Assembly (NCBI RefSeq): GCF_029961145.1 | Contig: NZ_JASBRG010000007.1 | Span: 598,155-662,154, forward strand | Length of the DNA stretch: 64,000 bases | Direction: 5' to 3' | From: Pinibacter soli | GTDB taxonomy: Bacteria; Bacteroidota; Bacteroidia; Chitinophagales; Chitinophagaceae | In this document: in pieces, positions 37,334 to 48,500 of the stretch | Layout: each line of letters begins with the position of its first letter | Numbering within the stretch: the stretch's first letter is position 1 | Translations under genes and position numbers: made by a program | The notes under the pieces: generated by a model | Database searches by the model: none | What the model was told of the DNA's origin: nothing | What the model saw: the letters and a program-made list of their open reading frames with translations, nothing else

Positions 37334-37918
37334 ATGGAACGCATTACTCAGGTAAAAGAGATCATTCAATCATCAATTGATACAAAACAGCAAATTCTAC
37401 AGGATCAGGCAATGCTTGAAAGAATGCTGGAAGTTGTTGATGCCATCGTAAACGCATTTCAAAACGGTAAACGCATTTATTTTTGTGGAAATGGTGGTAG
37501 TGCTGCAGACGCACAACACCTCGCTGCCGAGTTCAGCGGACGTTTTTATAAAAACAGGCGAGCATTACCTGCTGAAGCACTGCATTGCAATACCTCATAC
37601 TTGACAGCCGTAGCAAATGATTACAGCTATAACGATATTTATTCTCGCCTCGTTGACGGCATCATGGTGAAAGGCGATGTATTGATCGGTCTTTCTACAT
37701 CAGGCAATTCAGCCAACATAGTAAGTGCATTTGAAGTTGCGAGAGAGAAAGGCGTCATCACCGTTGGCTTCACTGGCATTACCGGCGGCATCATGCATTC
37801 ATTAAGTGATTATTTATTCAATGTACCATCTTCCATAACACCACGCATCCAGGAAAGCCATATTACCATAGGGCATATTATTTGTGAGCTGGTGGAAGAG
37901 AAATATTTCTCAATTTGA
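37334..37918 (+). CDS. gmhA: D-sedoheptulose-7-phosphate isomerase (SIS domain)
   Basis: FCGNGGSAADAQHLAAEF...GLSTSGNSANIV are GmhA SIS motifs. Confidence 0.85.
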   Translation: MERITQVKEIIQSSIDTKQQILQDQAMLERMLEVVDAIVNAFQNGKRIYFCGNGGSAADAQHLAAEFSGRFYKNRRALPAEALHCNTSYLTAVANDYSYNDIYSRLVDGIMVKGDVLIGLSTSGNSANIVSAFEVAREKGVITVGFTGITGGIMHSLSDYLFNVPSSITPRIQESHITIGHIICELVEEKYFSI

Positions 37919-38085
37919 AAATTTGAAAATTTGAAAATTCGTTTGGTGTATCATTCATGATTTATTGTTGGCAACCCAAGAGGCTGATAATTATTGATAA
38001 CAAATGTTCGGCCTAAAGCATTTTCAAATTCTCAAATCTTCAAATTTTCAAATTGCATCTCTCATTTTCATATTTTCAAATCATG
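37913..38085. repeat. TGAAAAT/TTTCAAA repeat tract between gmhA and gmhB
   Basis: tttgaaaatttgaaaatttgaaaattcg ... gcattttcaaattctcaaatcttcaaattttcaaattgcatctctcattttcatattttcaaatc. Confidence 0.55.
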
Positions 38086-38634
38086 TCTTTCACCCTTTCC
38101 GATATAGATAAAAACTGGACACTATTCCTGGACCGTGATGGTGTTATCAACCATGAAAAAGTGGAGGACTACATTTATCATTATGGAGAGTTTACTTTTT
38201 ATAAAGGGGCTATAGAGGCTATCAAAATACTTGCTCAGAAATTTCCACGAATCATTTTAGTGACCAATCAAAAAGGTGTTGGCAAGGGGTTGATGACAGA
38301 AGAAAGTCTACAGGATATTCATAAAAACATGCTGGAAGAAATAACAATAGCCGGCGGCCGCATCGACTCTATTTATTATTGCATTGCTTTGGATAGCAGT
38401 CACTCCCACCGCAAACCTAATCCCGGCATGGCTTTCCAGGCGAAGCAGGATTTTCCCGAAATTGATTTCTCCAAATCATTGATGGTGGGCAACAACATCA
38501 GCGATATGGAATTTGGAAGAAATGCGGGTATGCGCACAGTATTTGTAAAAACGACAAAGCCTGAACAAGTACTTCCCCACCCTGCTATTGATTTTGCGTT
38601 TGATGACCTGCTGGATTTTGCGAAGGCTCTGTAA
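38083..38634 (+). CDS. gmhB: D,D-heptose 1,7-bisphosphate phosphatase (HAD-IIIA)
   Basis: LFLDRDGVIN (HAD motif I)...LVTNQ...GNNISDMEFG. The ORF is open from 38053. Confidence 0.8.
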   Translation: MSFTLSDIDKNWTLFLDRDGVINHEKVEDYIYHYGEFTFYKGAIEAIKILAQKFPRIILVTNQKGVGKGLMTEESLQDIHKNMLEEITIAGGRIDSIYYCIALDSSHSHRKPNPGMAFQAKQDFPEIDFSKSLMVGNNISDMEFGRNAGMRTVFVKTTKPEQVLPHPAIDFAFDDLLDFAKAL

Positions 38635-38683
38635 TTACTATCCCATTACCTGATGACCATCTTTAAAAGCTTGCCTTTTTTAG

Positions 38684-38929
38684 ATGCAGCTTGATAAGTA
38701 TGAGATGAAGGTTTCTTCATCGTTACGGCGATTTGAGTTGGTGAGTACAGGCCCGAAAGGAGAAATACACAAAAAGATAGAATTTAATTTGTTCCCAACA
38801 ACACCGAACGTTTACAATCTCGGTTTTGGAGATGTCACCGGGCACGGCGACATAAACAATCTTATTGTTACTGACAATGGCGATAGCAAAAAGGTGTTCT
38901 CTGAACCTAAAAGTGTGCTGCTTTGTTAA
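38684..38929 (+). CDS. Hypothetical protein (81 aa)
   Basis: ORF only. Confidence 0.3.
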   Translation: MQLDKYEMKVSSSLRRFELVSTGPKGEIHKKIEFNLFPTTPNVYNLGFGDVTGHGDINNLIVTDNGDSKKVFSEPKSVLLC

Positions 38930-38977
38930 ATACCCATGTATAGCTGCTGAACGATTTTAGAACCAAGCCCTACATTT

Positions 38978-39418
38978 ATGCAAAAAACATTTTCCCTTTT
39001 CTTGTTTATAAGCATCTGTTTATTCGCAAAGGCACAAAAAGAACCTGTTGAAAGAGTGTGGTATAATCAGGAAAAGACATCAAAAATCCAAGTTTACAAA
39101 GGAACAGATGGCTTGTTTTATGGAAAACTGGTTTGGCTGGCTGAGCCAAAAGATGCGTCGGGTATTCCCAAAACTGATGTTAAAAATCCAGAAGAAAATA
39201 AGAGGAACACTCCCCTCCAAAATCTCCTTATACTTAAGTCTTTTAAAAAAAGCACGGGCAATGCCAACCAGTTTGAAGGCGGAACTGTGTACGATCCCGT
39301 CTCAGGGAAAACTTATTGCGGAAAGATCAATGTTTCCGGCAAAGAACTAAAACTTAAGGGGTATATATGCAGTTTTTCAATGCTTGGCCGAACAAGCACC
39401 TGGACGCTCGCCGAATAA
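38978..39418 (+). CDS. DUF2147-domain periplasmic protein
   Basis: Signal peptide, then GKLVWLAEPKD...NPEENKRNTPLQNLLILKSF...GGTVYDPVSGKTYCGKI matching the DUF2147 pattern. Confidence 0.7.
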   Translation: MQKTFSLFLFISICLFAKAQKEPVERVWYNQEKTSKIQVYKGTDGLFYGKLVWLAEPKDASGIPKTDVKNPEENKRNTPLQNLLILKSFKKSTGNANQFEGGTVYDPVSGKTYCGKINVSGKELKLKGYICSFSMLGRTSTWTLAE

Positions 39419-39559
39419 CTCGCAGGGCTAATTCAATCCGCCACTACATTTTAACTTTCTATTTTACAATAGATAAAATTTCCTACGGTTAATTTCGTTT
39501 AACATTTATTCGCTTAATATTTGCAGTTTTGCAATTCGGAATAACCGGCAGAGATAATT

Positions 39560-40522
39560 ATGTATAAATTAATCATTTCGATATCATTCGTCTTAATCGC
39601 ACGCCTTTCTTTTGGTCAACGTATTTCAAAATCTGACGTAAAAGCGCTTCATCTTAAGCAGGACACCTTAAGAAAATATGCAGATGATATGATCAATGCG
39701 CAGGAGCCGTCTGACCGTTTTATAGCCGACAGTCTTTTTGTGCGGGGTCTTGTGCGTGCATTGAAAACGCACAACTCATTCTACTACCCTTTTGATTCAC
39801 TCCAGACAGTTTCTAAATTGTATCCGCCGGATAGCACTTTCAGAATCTTTACGTGGCAGATGAAAAAGGATGAATATTTCTATTTGCAAAAAGGTGCCAT
39901 TCAATACTGCACCGCGAATGGCGAGTTAAAACTGGTTCCGCTGTTTGATCAATCGATGTTTACATCAAAACCGCAGGACTCCATACGCACCAACAGAAAC
40001 TGGATCGGTGCGGTCTATTATCGCATCATTGAAAAAACTTACAACAATAAAAAGTATTACACTTTGATTGGTTTTGACGGCTACACGGTGAGCAGTAACC
40101 GAAAATGGATCGATGTACTCACATTTGATGATAAAACAGGAGAACCAATATTTGGGGGCAGCTATTTTACCTTCAAAAATGATACTGCGAAGAAAGCGCC
40201 GCAAAGCCGTTTCTATATTGAATATAAAAAAGAGGCGGGAACAACTTTTAACTACAATCCGGAACTGGATATGATCATCTATGATCACCTGACCTCTGAA
40301 ACAGACGAGCCGGAAAGAAAAGAAACTTATGTTCCTGATGGCGATTTTGAAGGCTTTAAATGGGAAAAGGGCCAATGGGTGCATGTTGACAAAGTATTCA
40401 ACTTTAAACTAAAAGAGGGAGAAGAACCCGTTGAGCAAACCATTCGTGATGCCAACGGCAACATTAACGAACAAAAACTATTGGAACAATCCCAAAAGAA
40501 CGAAAAGAAAAAACCGCACTAG
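39560..40522 (+). CDS. Hypothetical secreted protein
   Basis: Signal peptide MYKLIISISFVLIARLSFGQ and ordinary composition. No named family. Confidence 0.55.
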   Translation: MYKLIISISFVLIARLSFGQRISKSDVKALHLKQDTLRKYADDMINAQEPSDRFIADSLFVRGLVRALKTHNSFYYPFDSLQTVSKLYPPDSTFRIFTWQMKKDEYFYLQKGAIQYCTANGELKLVPLFDQSMFTSKPQDSIRTNRNWIGAVYYRIIEKTYNNKKYYTLIGFDGYTVSSNRKWIDVLTFDDKTGEPIFGGSYFTFKNDTAKKAPQSRFYIEYKKEAGTTFNYNPELDMIIYDHLTSETDEPERKETYVPDGDFEGFKWEKGQWVHVDKVFNFKLKEGEEPVEQTIRDANGNINEQKLLEQSQKNEKKKPH

Positions 40523-40533
40523 ACATACGATGT

Positions 40534-40603
40534 AAGGTTTGCGGTGTACGAAAGTCATTAGAAGCAACACTCTAATGACTTTCGTACACCGTAAACCTTT
40601 TTT
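40534..40603. terminator. Very long near-perfect hairpin (29-bp stem) followed by a T-run
   Basis: aaggtttgcggtgtacgaaagtcattaga-agcaacac-tctaatgactttcgtacaccgtaaacctt tttt. One G/A mismatch in 29 bp. Confidence 0.7.
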
Positions 40604-40796
40604 AACGAGCTCTGTTCCCCCGCCTCTACTCCTCACTTTCTAAAAATTTTCTTCCTCTTAGTTAACAAAATGAAGGATTGCATTGTTATCCATTTGCTTA
40701 TGCAATAATGGCCCGGCTCGTTATGCATACGGGTGTATTATTTACCGTAACGTAACTCACAAAAACTTCTGATAATTTGAATTAAATCTCACTATT

Positions 40797-41297
40797 ATGA
40801 AAAAAACATTTTTTGTACTGGCGGCTTGTTTTATAACGGCAACAACTTTCGCGCAAGATGCTGTGTCAAAAGAAGACATCGATGTAATACAATCAGTTTT
40901 TGGAAAAGAAAAGAAAGAACTGGTTCAACAATACATGACTTTGCCAGCCGATCAAAGTGCCAAATTCTGGACACTTTATGATGAGTATGAAGTAAAACGC
41001 AAAGACCTGAACAGGGAAAGAATAGGCATCATACAGGACTATGCCAGTGCTTATGACAAACTCGATAATACAAAAGCTGATAATTTAGCAAAACGTGCAT
41101 TGGAGAATGAAATCAATCTGGACAAATTGCACTTACAATACTACAAGAAGATATCTACAGCTGTTGGCGGGGTAAATGCAGCGAAATTCTTTCAACTGGA
41201 AGGTTATCTGCAAACAATCATCAAGGCACATATCATGGATCAAATTCCATTCATAGGCGAACTCGACAAAACCAAAAAGCCTACAAACCAAATGTGA
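40797..41297 (+). CDS. Hypothetical periplasmic protein
   Basis: Signal peptide MKKTFFVLAACFITATTFAQ. Helical, charged. Confidence 0.5.
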   Translation: MKKTFFVLAACFITATTFAQDAVSKEDIDVIQSVFGKEKKELVQQYMTLPADQSAKFWTLYDEYEVKRKDLNRERIGIIQDYASAYDKLDNTKADNLAKRALENEINLDKLHLQYYKKISTAVGGVNAAKFFQLEGYLQTIIKAHIMDQIPFIGELDKTKKPTNQM

Positions 41298-41320
41298 GAC
41301 CGGTTTCGTGTGCCAGAAAT

Positions 41321-41575
41321 ATTTCACGCAAAGGCGCAAAGGGTATTTTTTCGTGCGGAGAAACTGAGTTGTTTCACACAGCGAACGCAGCGAATAAGCG
41401 ACGCAAAGAGTTCGCGAACGTCGGAATGTTATTTTAGGTTTTAAACAGATTGATGTGCACCTGATAAGAAAATTGCAGACCTAAACCAACAAGCTCCTGC
41501 CGCGCCGCCGCTTCATTGCGGTGACCGCGAGAAGTCTTTGCGTCCTTTGACTTTCCTTTGCGCCTTTGCGGGAAA
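41321..41575. repeat. GCAAAGG-armed inverted-repeat element, second copy of the family
   Basis: atttcacgcaaaggcgcaaagggtat ... gtctttgcgtcctttgactttcctttgcgcctttgcggg. Confidence 0.6.
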
Positions 41576-41623
41576 TTTTGCTAACTTCAGCGCTGAAACA
41601 TCTCTGACCACAAATAACGTGAC

Positions 41624-42832
41624 ATGAAAAGCCTACCGATTTTATATACTTACACACTTACTGCTTTTGCGTTTAGTTTTATATCGTGCAACAACTCGGC
41701 AGGTAATAACTCAGGACGTTCTATTTCGGAACTAACAAAAGCAAAAGTCGATGGCGCGGTTTCATGTACAGTTAATGGTCTCACAGTTGCCGACAGCTCA
41801 ATTTACGCCAACAATGGTGGCAATGAATTCAAACCTACGGTTGTCAACACAGTTAACTTTGATGCAGCCCCTGAAGGAATGGTAAAAATTCCCGGTGGTG
41901 AATTCAGCATGGGCGGTGTGAACCCCACCGGTATGCAGGATGGTGGCCACGAAGCGATGAATGACGCAAGGCCTATTCACAGGGTGTATGTGAATCCATT
42001 TTATATGGACGAAACAGAGGTTACCAATGCAGAATATGCAAAATTTGTTGCTTCAACCAGCTATATTACGGTGGCCGAAAAAAAGCCTACAAAAGAAGAA
42101 TTTCCGGATGCACCGGAAGAAAACCTGGTGGCCGGCTCAGTTGTATTTACCCCTCCTTCTCACGAAGTTCCATTGAACGACCATTATCAATGGTGGAACT
42201 ATGTGAAAGGAGCGAATTGGAGACATCCGACAGGCCCGGATAGTGATATTAAAGGCAAGGATAATTACCCCGTGGTACAAATAGCTTACGAAGATGCCGT
42301 TGCGTATGCAAACTGGGCGGGAAAAAGATTGCCAACAGAGGCAGAGTGGGAATTTGCTGCACGAGGCGGAAAAGCGGGAGAAATGTACGCATGGGGCAAC
42401 CAGCTAAAACCAAATGATAAATGGATGGCTAATACATTCCAGGGACATTTTCCAAACAATGACCAGGGTAGCGATGGCTTTGTAGGCATTGCGCCCATTA
42501 AACAATTTTCGCCGAACATATATGGTCTTTATGATGTGGCTGGCAACGTTTGGGAATGGTGCAATGACTGGTACAGATCAGATTATTACCAAGAACTTTC
42601 CAGACAAGCCGTTACAAGAAACCCACAAGGCCCCACAACATCTTTCGATCCTTCTGAGCCAGGCACCGAAAAGAAAGTGCAAAGAGGTGGCTCTTTTCTT
42701 TGTACAGATCAATATTGCACAAGATATATGGTAGGTACTCGCGGCAAAGGCGAGTTCAGTTCTGCCAGTAATCACATTGGTTTCCGCTGCGTAAAAGACG
42801 TTTCGAAGAAAACAATGCTGGCGAAAAAATAG
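41624..42832 (+). CDS. Formylglycine-generating enzyme family protein (SUMF1/FGE-sulfatase domain)
   Basis: RVYVNPFYMDETEVTNAEY...WAGKRLPTEAEWEFAARGG...YGLYDVAGNVWEWCNDWY...RGGSF are FGE hallmarks. Confidence 0.85.
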   Translation: MKSLPILYTYTLTAFAFSFISCNNSAGNNSGRSISELTKAKVDGAVSCTVNGLTVADSSIYANNGGNEFKPTVVNTVNFDAAPEGMVKIPGGEFSMGGVNPTGMQDGGHEAMNDARPIHRVYVNPFYMDETEVTNAEYAKFVASTSYITVAEKKPTKEEFPDAPEENLVAGSVVFTPPSHEVPLNDHYQWWNYVKGANWRHPTGPDSDIKGKDNYPVVQIAYEDAVAYANWAGKRLPTEAEWEFAARGGKAGEMYAWGNQLKPNDKWMANTFQGHFPNNDQGSDGFVGIAPIKQFSPNIYGLYDVAGNVWEWCNDWYRSDYYQELSRQAVTRNPQGPTTSFDPSEPGTEKKVQRGGSFLCTDQYCTRYMVGTRGKGEFSSASNHIGFRCVKDVSKKTMLAKK

Positions 42833-43001
42833 GAATCAGGAGTGTGGAACTAGGAATTAGAAGATGCTCGAACAAGTTATTAGTTAATAATTGCTGGTTT
42901 GTAGACTTTAGAGCTGGAATTTCTGCATTTCCCTACAACTAAATACCTACTAGCCTTCTACGACGCAGTCCTCCAAACTTCTAATTCCTAACCCTAGTTT
43001 C
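42832..43001. repeat. TAATTCC/AGGAATT-armed inverted-repeat element
   Basis: ggaactaggaattagaag ... cttctaattcctaaccctagtttcc. Related arms at 23215-23240, 30505-30535 and 45447-45475. Confidence 0.5.
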
Positions 43002-43044
43002 CCCGGCATAATTTTTTCAATACAGTAGAACAAAACTTACTTGT

Positions 43045-43812
43045 ATGAAAAAAGTACTCTCTGCATGCCTTGTATGTTTTACAGTCGTCGCTGTTATGTC
43101 ATGCGGCACAGGCAAAAAACTGAAATCAGCCAATGCTGAAATCCAGCGTCTCGATAGCGTAAACAACTCACTCAATCAGCAAATAGCAGGTCTTAAAGAC
43201 AACATGAATGATCTCAATGCACAAAAAGATGCATTGAACGCTAACCTTAATAATGCCAAACAGGGCATGGCAAATCAGCAGAAGCAAATGCAATCCTTGC
43301 AAAGTTCACTGCAATCACAAAGAAAAGCGATGGAAGATCTCCGCGCAAAGATCGCCGACGCTTTGAATGGGTTTAAGTCAGATGAGGTGCAGGTTACATA
43401 CAAGGACGGTCTGGTGTATGTATCTTTGCAGGACAAACTGTTATTCAAATCAGGTAGTGCGATTCTTGATGAACGCGGTAAACAAGCATTGGGAACGGTA
43501 GCATCGGTGCTCAACCAGGACACCAGCATTAAAATAATGGTAGTTGGTCACACAGACTCGGTTGCTTTTAAAAAATCCTATAAAGACAACTGGCAGTTGA
43601 GCACAGAAAGAGCCAATACCATTGTTCGCATTCTTCGTGATAGTTATAGCGTGGATCCAGCCCGTCTGACTGCAGCGGGCCGAAGCAAGTACTCTCCTGT
43701 CGCAGACAATGCTACACCAGAAGGGCGAGCCAGCAATCGCCGGACAGAAATAGTTTTAACACCGGATCTATCCGAGGTTTGGAACCTTGTGAATGCATCG
43801 TCGCAGCAGTAG
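43045..43812 (+). CDS. OmpA-family protein with an N-terminal coiled coil
   Basis: Lipoprotein-like signal (VMSCGT), Q/N-rich coiled coil, and a C-terminal OmpA/MotB domain (MVVGHTDSV...NWQLSTERANTIVRIL...NRRTEIVLTP). Confidence 0.85.
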   Translation: MKKVLSACLVCFTVVAVMSCGTGKKLKSANAEIQRLDSVNNSLNQQIAGLKDNMNDLNAQKDALNANLNNAKQGMANQQKQMQSLQSSLQSQRKAMEDLRAKIADALNGFKSDEVQVTYKDGLVYVSLQDKLLFKSGSAILDERGKQALGTVASVLNQDTSIKIMVVGHTDSVAFKKSYKDNWQLSTERANTIVRILRDSYSVDPARLTAAGRSKYSPVADNATPEGRASNRRTEIVLTPDLSEVWNLVNASSQQ

Positions 43813-44360
43813 AAAGCTTAACGCCTGATGCGAAATGCTTAACGCTTAAAGTGTAACTTTTGAGGTTATACTTTAAGCGTTTTATTAATCAACCCTTTAC
43901 ACATAAATTGTGTTAAGCTTTAGGCATTTAGCTTTAAACTCTTCCGGGCACAACATTTTCTGTAATAATCCCTCGAATAACAACCAGATAACATTTATTA
44001 CTGATTTTTGCCGCAGGCCTTATTTATACAGGCAGCAGTAAAACGATTTTCCAGAATCCGGCTCAGATATGGTCAAAGGAGCCACGGGTATAATTTCCGC
44101 TCATCCTAATGTTCAACCGTTAAAGGAGCAAAACTTTCTATATTTGGCCTCATCCGAAAAAACGGAAAAGTTTTTTTACCCGATGACGTCTAAGGGTTAA
44201 GAAAAAATAAAAAGTAAAAAAACTCCGGTGCAGCTAGTTCTATGTTCTGGAAAATGTAAATCAACAAAAAGCTGGAGTATTTTTTGGGGCAAATTTTTTA
44301 TTTTTTCCTTTTTGCTTATTGCCGATATTTTTCATTGAAATATTTCATAAATCTCAGTCA

Positions 44361-45446
44361 ATGTATTTGCTACCAAAAAAATTACATTTCTTCTGTTTCG
44401 TCACTTTTTCCGCTATTATGGTTGTTGCCTGCGGAGATAAAAAGCAGGAAGCAGCTTCGAAAGACAGACAAAAATCATCCGGTCCTGCCGAAGTGGATGT
44501 TATTATTGCCGCTTCCCAAAGCATCAGCAATATCGTGGAGGCAAACGGAACCGTTGTCGCGAATGAATATGTTGAACTGAGACCTGAGGTGACAGGCAGA
44601 CTTATCTACCTCAACGTACCAGAAGGGAAATTTGTAAACAAAGGAACTGTGATCGCCCGAATCAACGATGCGGACCTACAAGCCCAAATCGCAAAAAGCA
44701 AAGTACAACTCGACCTGGCTGAAAAAACCGTTGACCGATACAAGCAATTGCTCGCAGTGAACGGCATGAACCAAAGCGACTACGATGTGGCTTTGAATCA
44801 AATGAACGGATATAAAGCAGACATTGCATACTACCAGGCGTTAATTGATAAAACAGTTATCAAAGCACCATTTAGCGGCATTGTGGGCCTGCGCCAGGTG
44901 AGCCCCGGAGCTTATGTTTCTTCGACAAACATCATCGCCACAATTCAGCAACTGGATAAAATAAAAATTGATTTCACCATACCTGAGAACTATAACAGCA
45001 TTATTAAGATGGGCGGTACGGTTCGTATAAAGGTGGATGAAAATGAACAGAGCGATTTAAAAGCAACCATCATAGCGATCGAGCCGCAGGTAACCGCAGC
45101 AACACGCAATCTGAAAGTAAGAACGGTATTGCAAAATGGCAAACCGAATCCAGGCGCTTTCGTAAAAGTGTTCATCAACGCCAGTACCGAAAAAAAAGCG
45201 ATCATGGTGCCTACCAACTGCATCATACCGGATGACAAAAACAAACAACTGGTATTGGTAAAAAATGGTCATGCAAACTTTGTAAATGTTGAAACCGGCG
45301 ACAGAGAAGCCAGCAACGTAGAAATAACAAAAGGCGTAAATCCAGGAGACTCCGTTGTTGTTACCGGTGTACTGTTTGCCCGCCCGAAATCTCCGGTGCA
45401 TATACGTTCAGTTAAGAAACTGGACCAGTCGGTAGCGACTCAGTAA
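44361..45446 (+). CDS. RND efflux periplasmic adaptor (membrane fusion protein)
   Basis: Lipobox (VVACGD), then an HlyD-like fold (ELRPEVTGRLIYLNVPEGKFVNKGTVIARIND...KAPFSGIVGLRQVSPGAYV). The ORF is open from 44319. Confidence 0.85.
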   Translation: MYLLPKKLHFFCFVTFSAIMVVACGDKKQEAASKDRQKSSGPAEVDVIIAASQSISNIVEANGTVVANEYVELRPEVTGRLIYLNVPEGKFVNKGTVIARINDADLQAQIAKSKVQLDLAEKTVDRYKQLLAVNGMNQSDYDVALNQMNGYKADIAYYQALIDKTVIKAPFSGIVGLRQVSPGAYVSSTNIIATIQQLDKIKIDFTIPENYNSIIKMGGTVRIKVDENEQSDLKATIIAIEPQVTAATRNLKVRTVLQNGKPNPGAFVKVFINASTEKKAIMVPTNCIIPDDKNKQLVLVKNGHANFVNVETGDREASNVEITKGVNPGDSVVVTGVLFARPKSPVHIRSVKKLDQSVATQ

Positions 45447-45477
45447 TCAGGAGTTAGAAATTAGGAATTAAGATGGT

Positions 45478-45540
45478 GTACGATTCGTGATTCAAGTTTC
45501 TCGTCCAATTTTCAATTTTCAACTTTCAACTTTCAATTAG
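45478..45540. repeat. TTTCAA repeat tract between the MFP and RND permease genes
   Basis: caagtttctcgtccaattttcaattttcaactttcaactttcaattagattc directly upstream of the ATG at 45545. Confidence 0.5.
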
Positions 45541-45544
45541 ATTC

Positions 45545-48500
45545 ATGAACATATCTGAGTTATCGTTAAAGCGGCCGGTATTTGCTACGGTGATGAACCT
45601 TGCAATTATCCTGTTTGGTATAGTCGGATTCAACTTTCTTGCAGTAAGAGATTACCCTGCAATTGATCCGCCGATTATTACAGTTACGACTTCATACACA
45701 GGTGCCAATCCTGATATTATTGAGAGCCAGATCACAGAGCCATTGGAGAAACAGATCAATGGTATTCCCGGCATTCGTACCATTACTTCATCAAGCTCTC
45801 TGGGTTCCAGCCAGATCACCGTTGAGTTTAACCTTGGCGTGGAACTGGAAGCTGCTGCGAGTGACGTACGCGATAAAGTGAGCCAGGCGCAACGTAGCTT
45901 ACCACTGGATATCGACGCACCTCCTGTGGTTGCAAAAGCAGATGCCAACAGTGACCCGATTCTGATCCTTGCAGTGCAAAGCCGCTCCAAAGGTTTGATG
46001 GAGTTGAGCGAGTATGCTGAAAACGTTTTGCAACAACAATTGCAAACGGTAAACGATGTAAGCTCCGTGGGCATTTTTGGGCAGAAGCGTTATGCAATGC
46101 GCATTTGGTTGAACCCCGATAAAATGAGTGCATTCAATGTTTCATTCAATGATATACGTACTGCATTAAACAGCGAAAACGTAGAACTTCCTCCGGGAAA
46201 GATCTACGGTAATAACACAGAGCTTACCATTCGCACATTGGGTCGCCTTACATCAGAACAGCAATTCCGTGATCTGTTAATTCGCGAAGATTCCAGCGGC
46301 ATTGTCAGATTGAGCGATATCGCACGTGTAGAGCTTGGCCCGGAAGCATTGGAGCAAAGCTGGAAATACAATGGCGTGAATGCCGTTGGTCTTGCCGTGA
46401 TTCCACAACCGGGCGCCAATAACATTGCCATTGCAGATGAAGTGTACAAACGTCTGGATGAAATTAAAAAAGAAAACAAATCAGGTATAGAAGTAAGTGT
46501 CCTGATCGATAATACGCAAAACATCCGTAACTCACTAAGCGAGGTTGAAGAAACATTGCTGATTGCTTTTGCACTGGTGGTATTGGTCATCTTCTTCTTC
46601 TTCCGCAACTGGTTAATCGCCATCAGGCCACTGATCGATATTCCTATTTCACTCGTTGCTACTTTCTTCATCATGTATATAGCGGGCTTCTCCATCAACA
46701 TCCTTACCATGCTGGGTATTGTACTGGCAACGGGCCTTGTGGTGGATGACGGCATCGTTGTCACGGAAAATATTTTCCGCAAACTTGAAGAAGGCATGCC
46801 AATACACAAAGCGGCATTGGAAGGCAGTAAGGAAATTTTCTTTGCCGTTATTTCCACGTCTATCACATTGGCAGTTGTGTTCCTGCCTGTGATATTCCTT
46901 CAAGGATTCGTGGGACGATTGTTCCGTGAATTTGGTGTGGTATTGGCCGCAGCCGTATTGATCTCAGCCTTTGTATCACTTACCATCACTCCGGTACTGA
47001 ATGTCTATTTAACGCGTAAAAACAGTTCTCACGGTAAATTTTATCTGGCTACAGAACCCTTCTTTACCGGCATGGAAAATGGCTACAGAAGAATACTGGA
47101 AGGATTCTTAAAAATAAGATGGATGGCATGGGTGATCATTGTAGTGTGCGTTGGAATTATCATTTTCGTGTTTACACATCTTCAAAGTGAAATTGCCCCG
47201 CTGGAAGACAGAAGCAGCATTCGTTTCACAGCTACCGGCGCAGAAGGTATGAGCTTTGGAGCCATGAATGCTCTTACTGATAAGGTCTCTAACTATTTAT
47301 ACGATTCAGTTCCTGAAAGAGATTTCGTTTTCGCGAGAACTCCGGCAGGAACAAGCGTGAACACTTCACAACCTCGTATCGGCCTCGTCGATCCCCGTGA
47401 TCGCAAAAGAAGTCAGAACGAAATTGCAAACGATCTGCAAAAGAAATTATCACGCTTTAATGATGCGCGGATATTTGCCATCCAGGAGCAAACCATCTCC
47501 GTGGGTTCCGGTTCAAGAACAAGTTTGCCCGTACAGTTTGTATTGCAGAATCAGGATTTAAATAAACTTAAAGCTGCCATTCCAAAGTTCCTCGACGAAG
47601 CGAGAAAAGATAAAACTTTCTCTAACGTTGATGTGAATCTGAAATTTAACAAACCAGAATTGCAGATCACCGTGGATCGTATGAAAGTAAAAGATCTTGG
47701 TCTCTCTACCCAGGATGTTATTTCGGCTATGCAATCGGCATTCAGTGGTGGCCGTTTGGCATATTTCATCATGAATGGTTACCAGTACCAGGTAATAGCA
47801 CAGGTAGACAGGCAGGACAGAAACAAGCCAATTGACATTTCAAACCTGTATGTAAAAAATGCAAGTGGTCAAAATATACCATTGAGTGCAGTAGTGCACA
47901 TGGAAGAAAGCACCAACCCATCAACCTTGTTTCACTTCAACAGATATAAAGCTGCCACCATCCAGGCTTCTTTGTCAGAAGGCAGAACCATTGGCGATGG
48001 CATTAAAGCAATGGATTCAATTGCAGCCAAAGTACTGGACCCAACCTTCCAGACAGCATTGAGCGGGTCTTCACGTGATTATGCGGAAAGCTCCTCCAAC
48101 ATTCTGTTTGCGCTTGGGCTGGCAATTATATTGATCTATCTTGTGTTGTCTGCACAGTTCGAGAGCTTTATTGATCCGATAGGCATCATACTTACCGTTC
48201 CATTGGCATTCGCCGGCGCCTTGTTGAGCCTTTGGGCATTTCATCAGACACTCAACATATTCTCTGAGATTGGTATGATCATGCTGGTAGGTCTCGTTAC
48301 CAAAAACGGTATCCTGATCGTTGAGTTTGCCAACCAGAAAAGAGCGCTCGGGCTTCCAAAATTTGAAGCCGTAACTGAAGCGGCACAACAAAGGCTAAGA
48401 CCAATCCTGATGACGAGTCTTGCCACATCACTTGGAGCATTGCCAATTGCCATGAGTCTTGGTGCAGCTTCTACCAGCCGTATTCCTTTGGGTATTGTAG

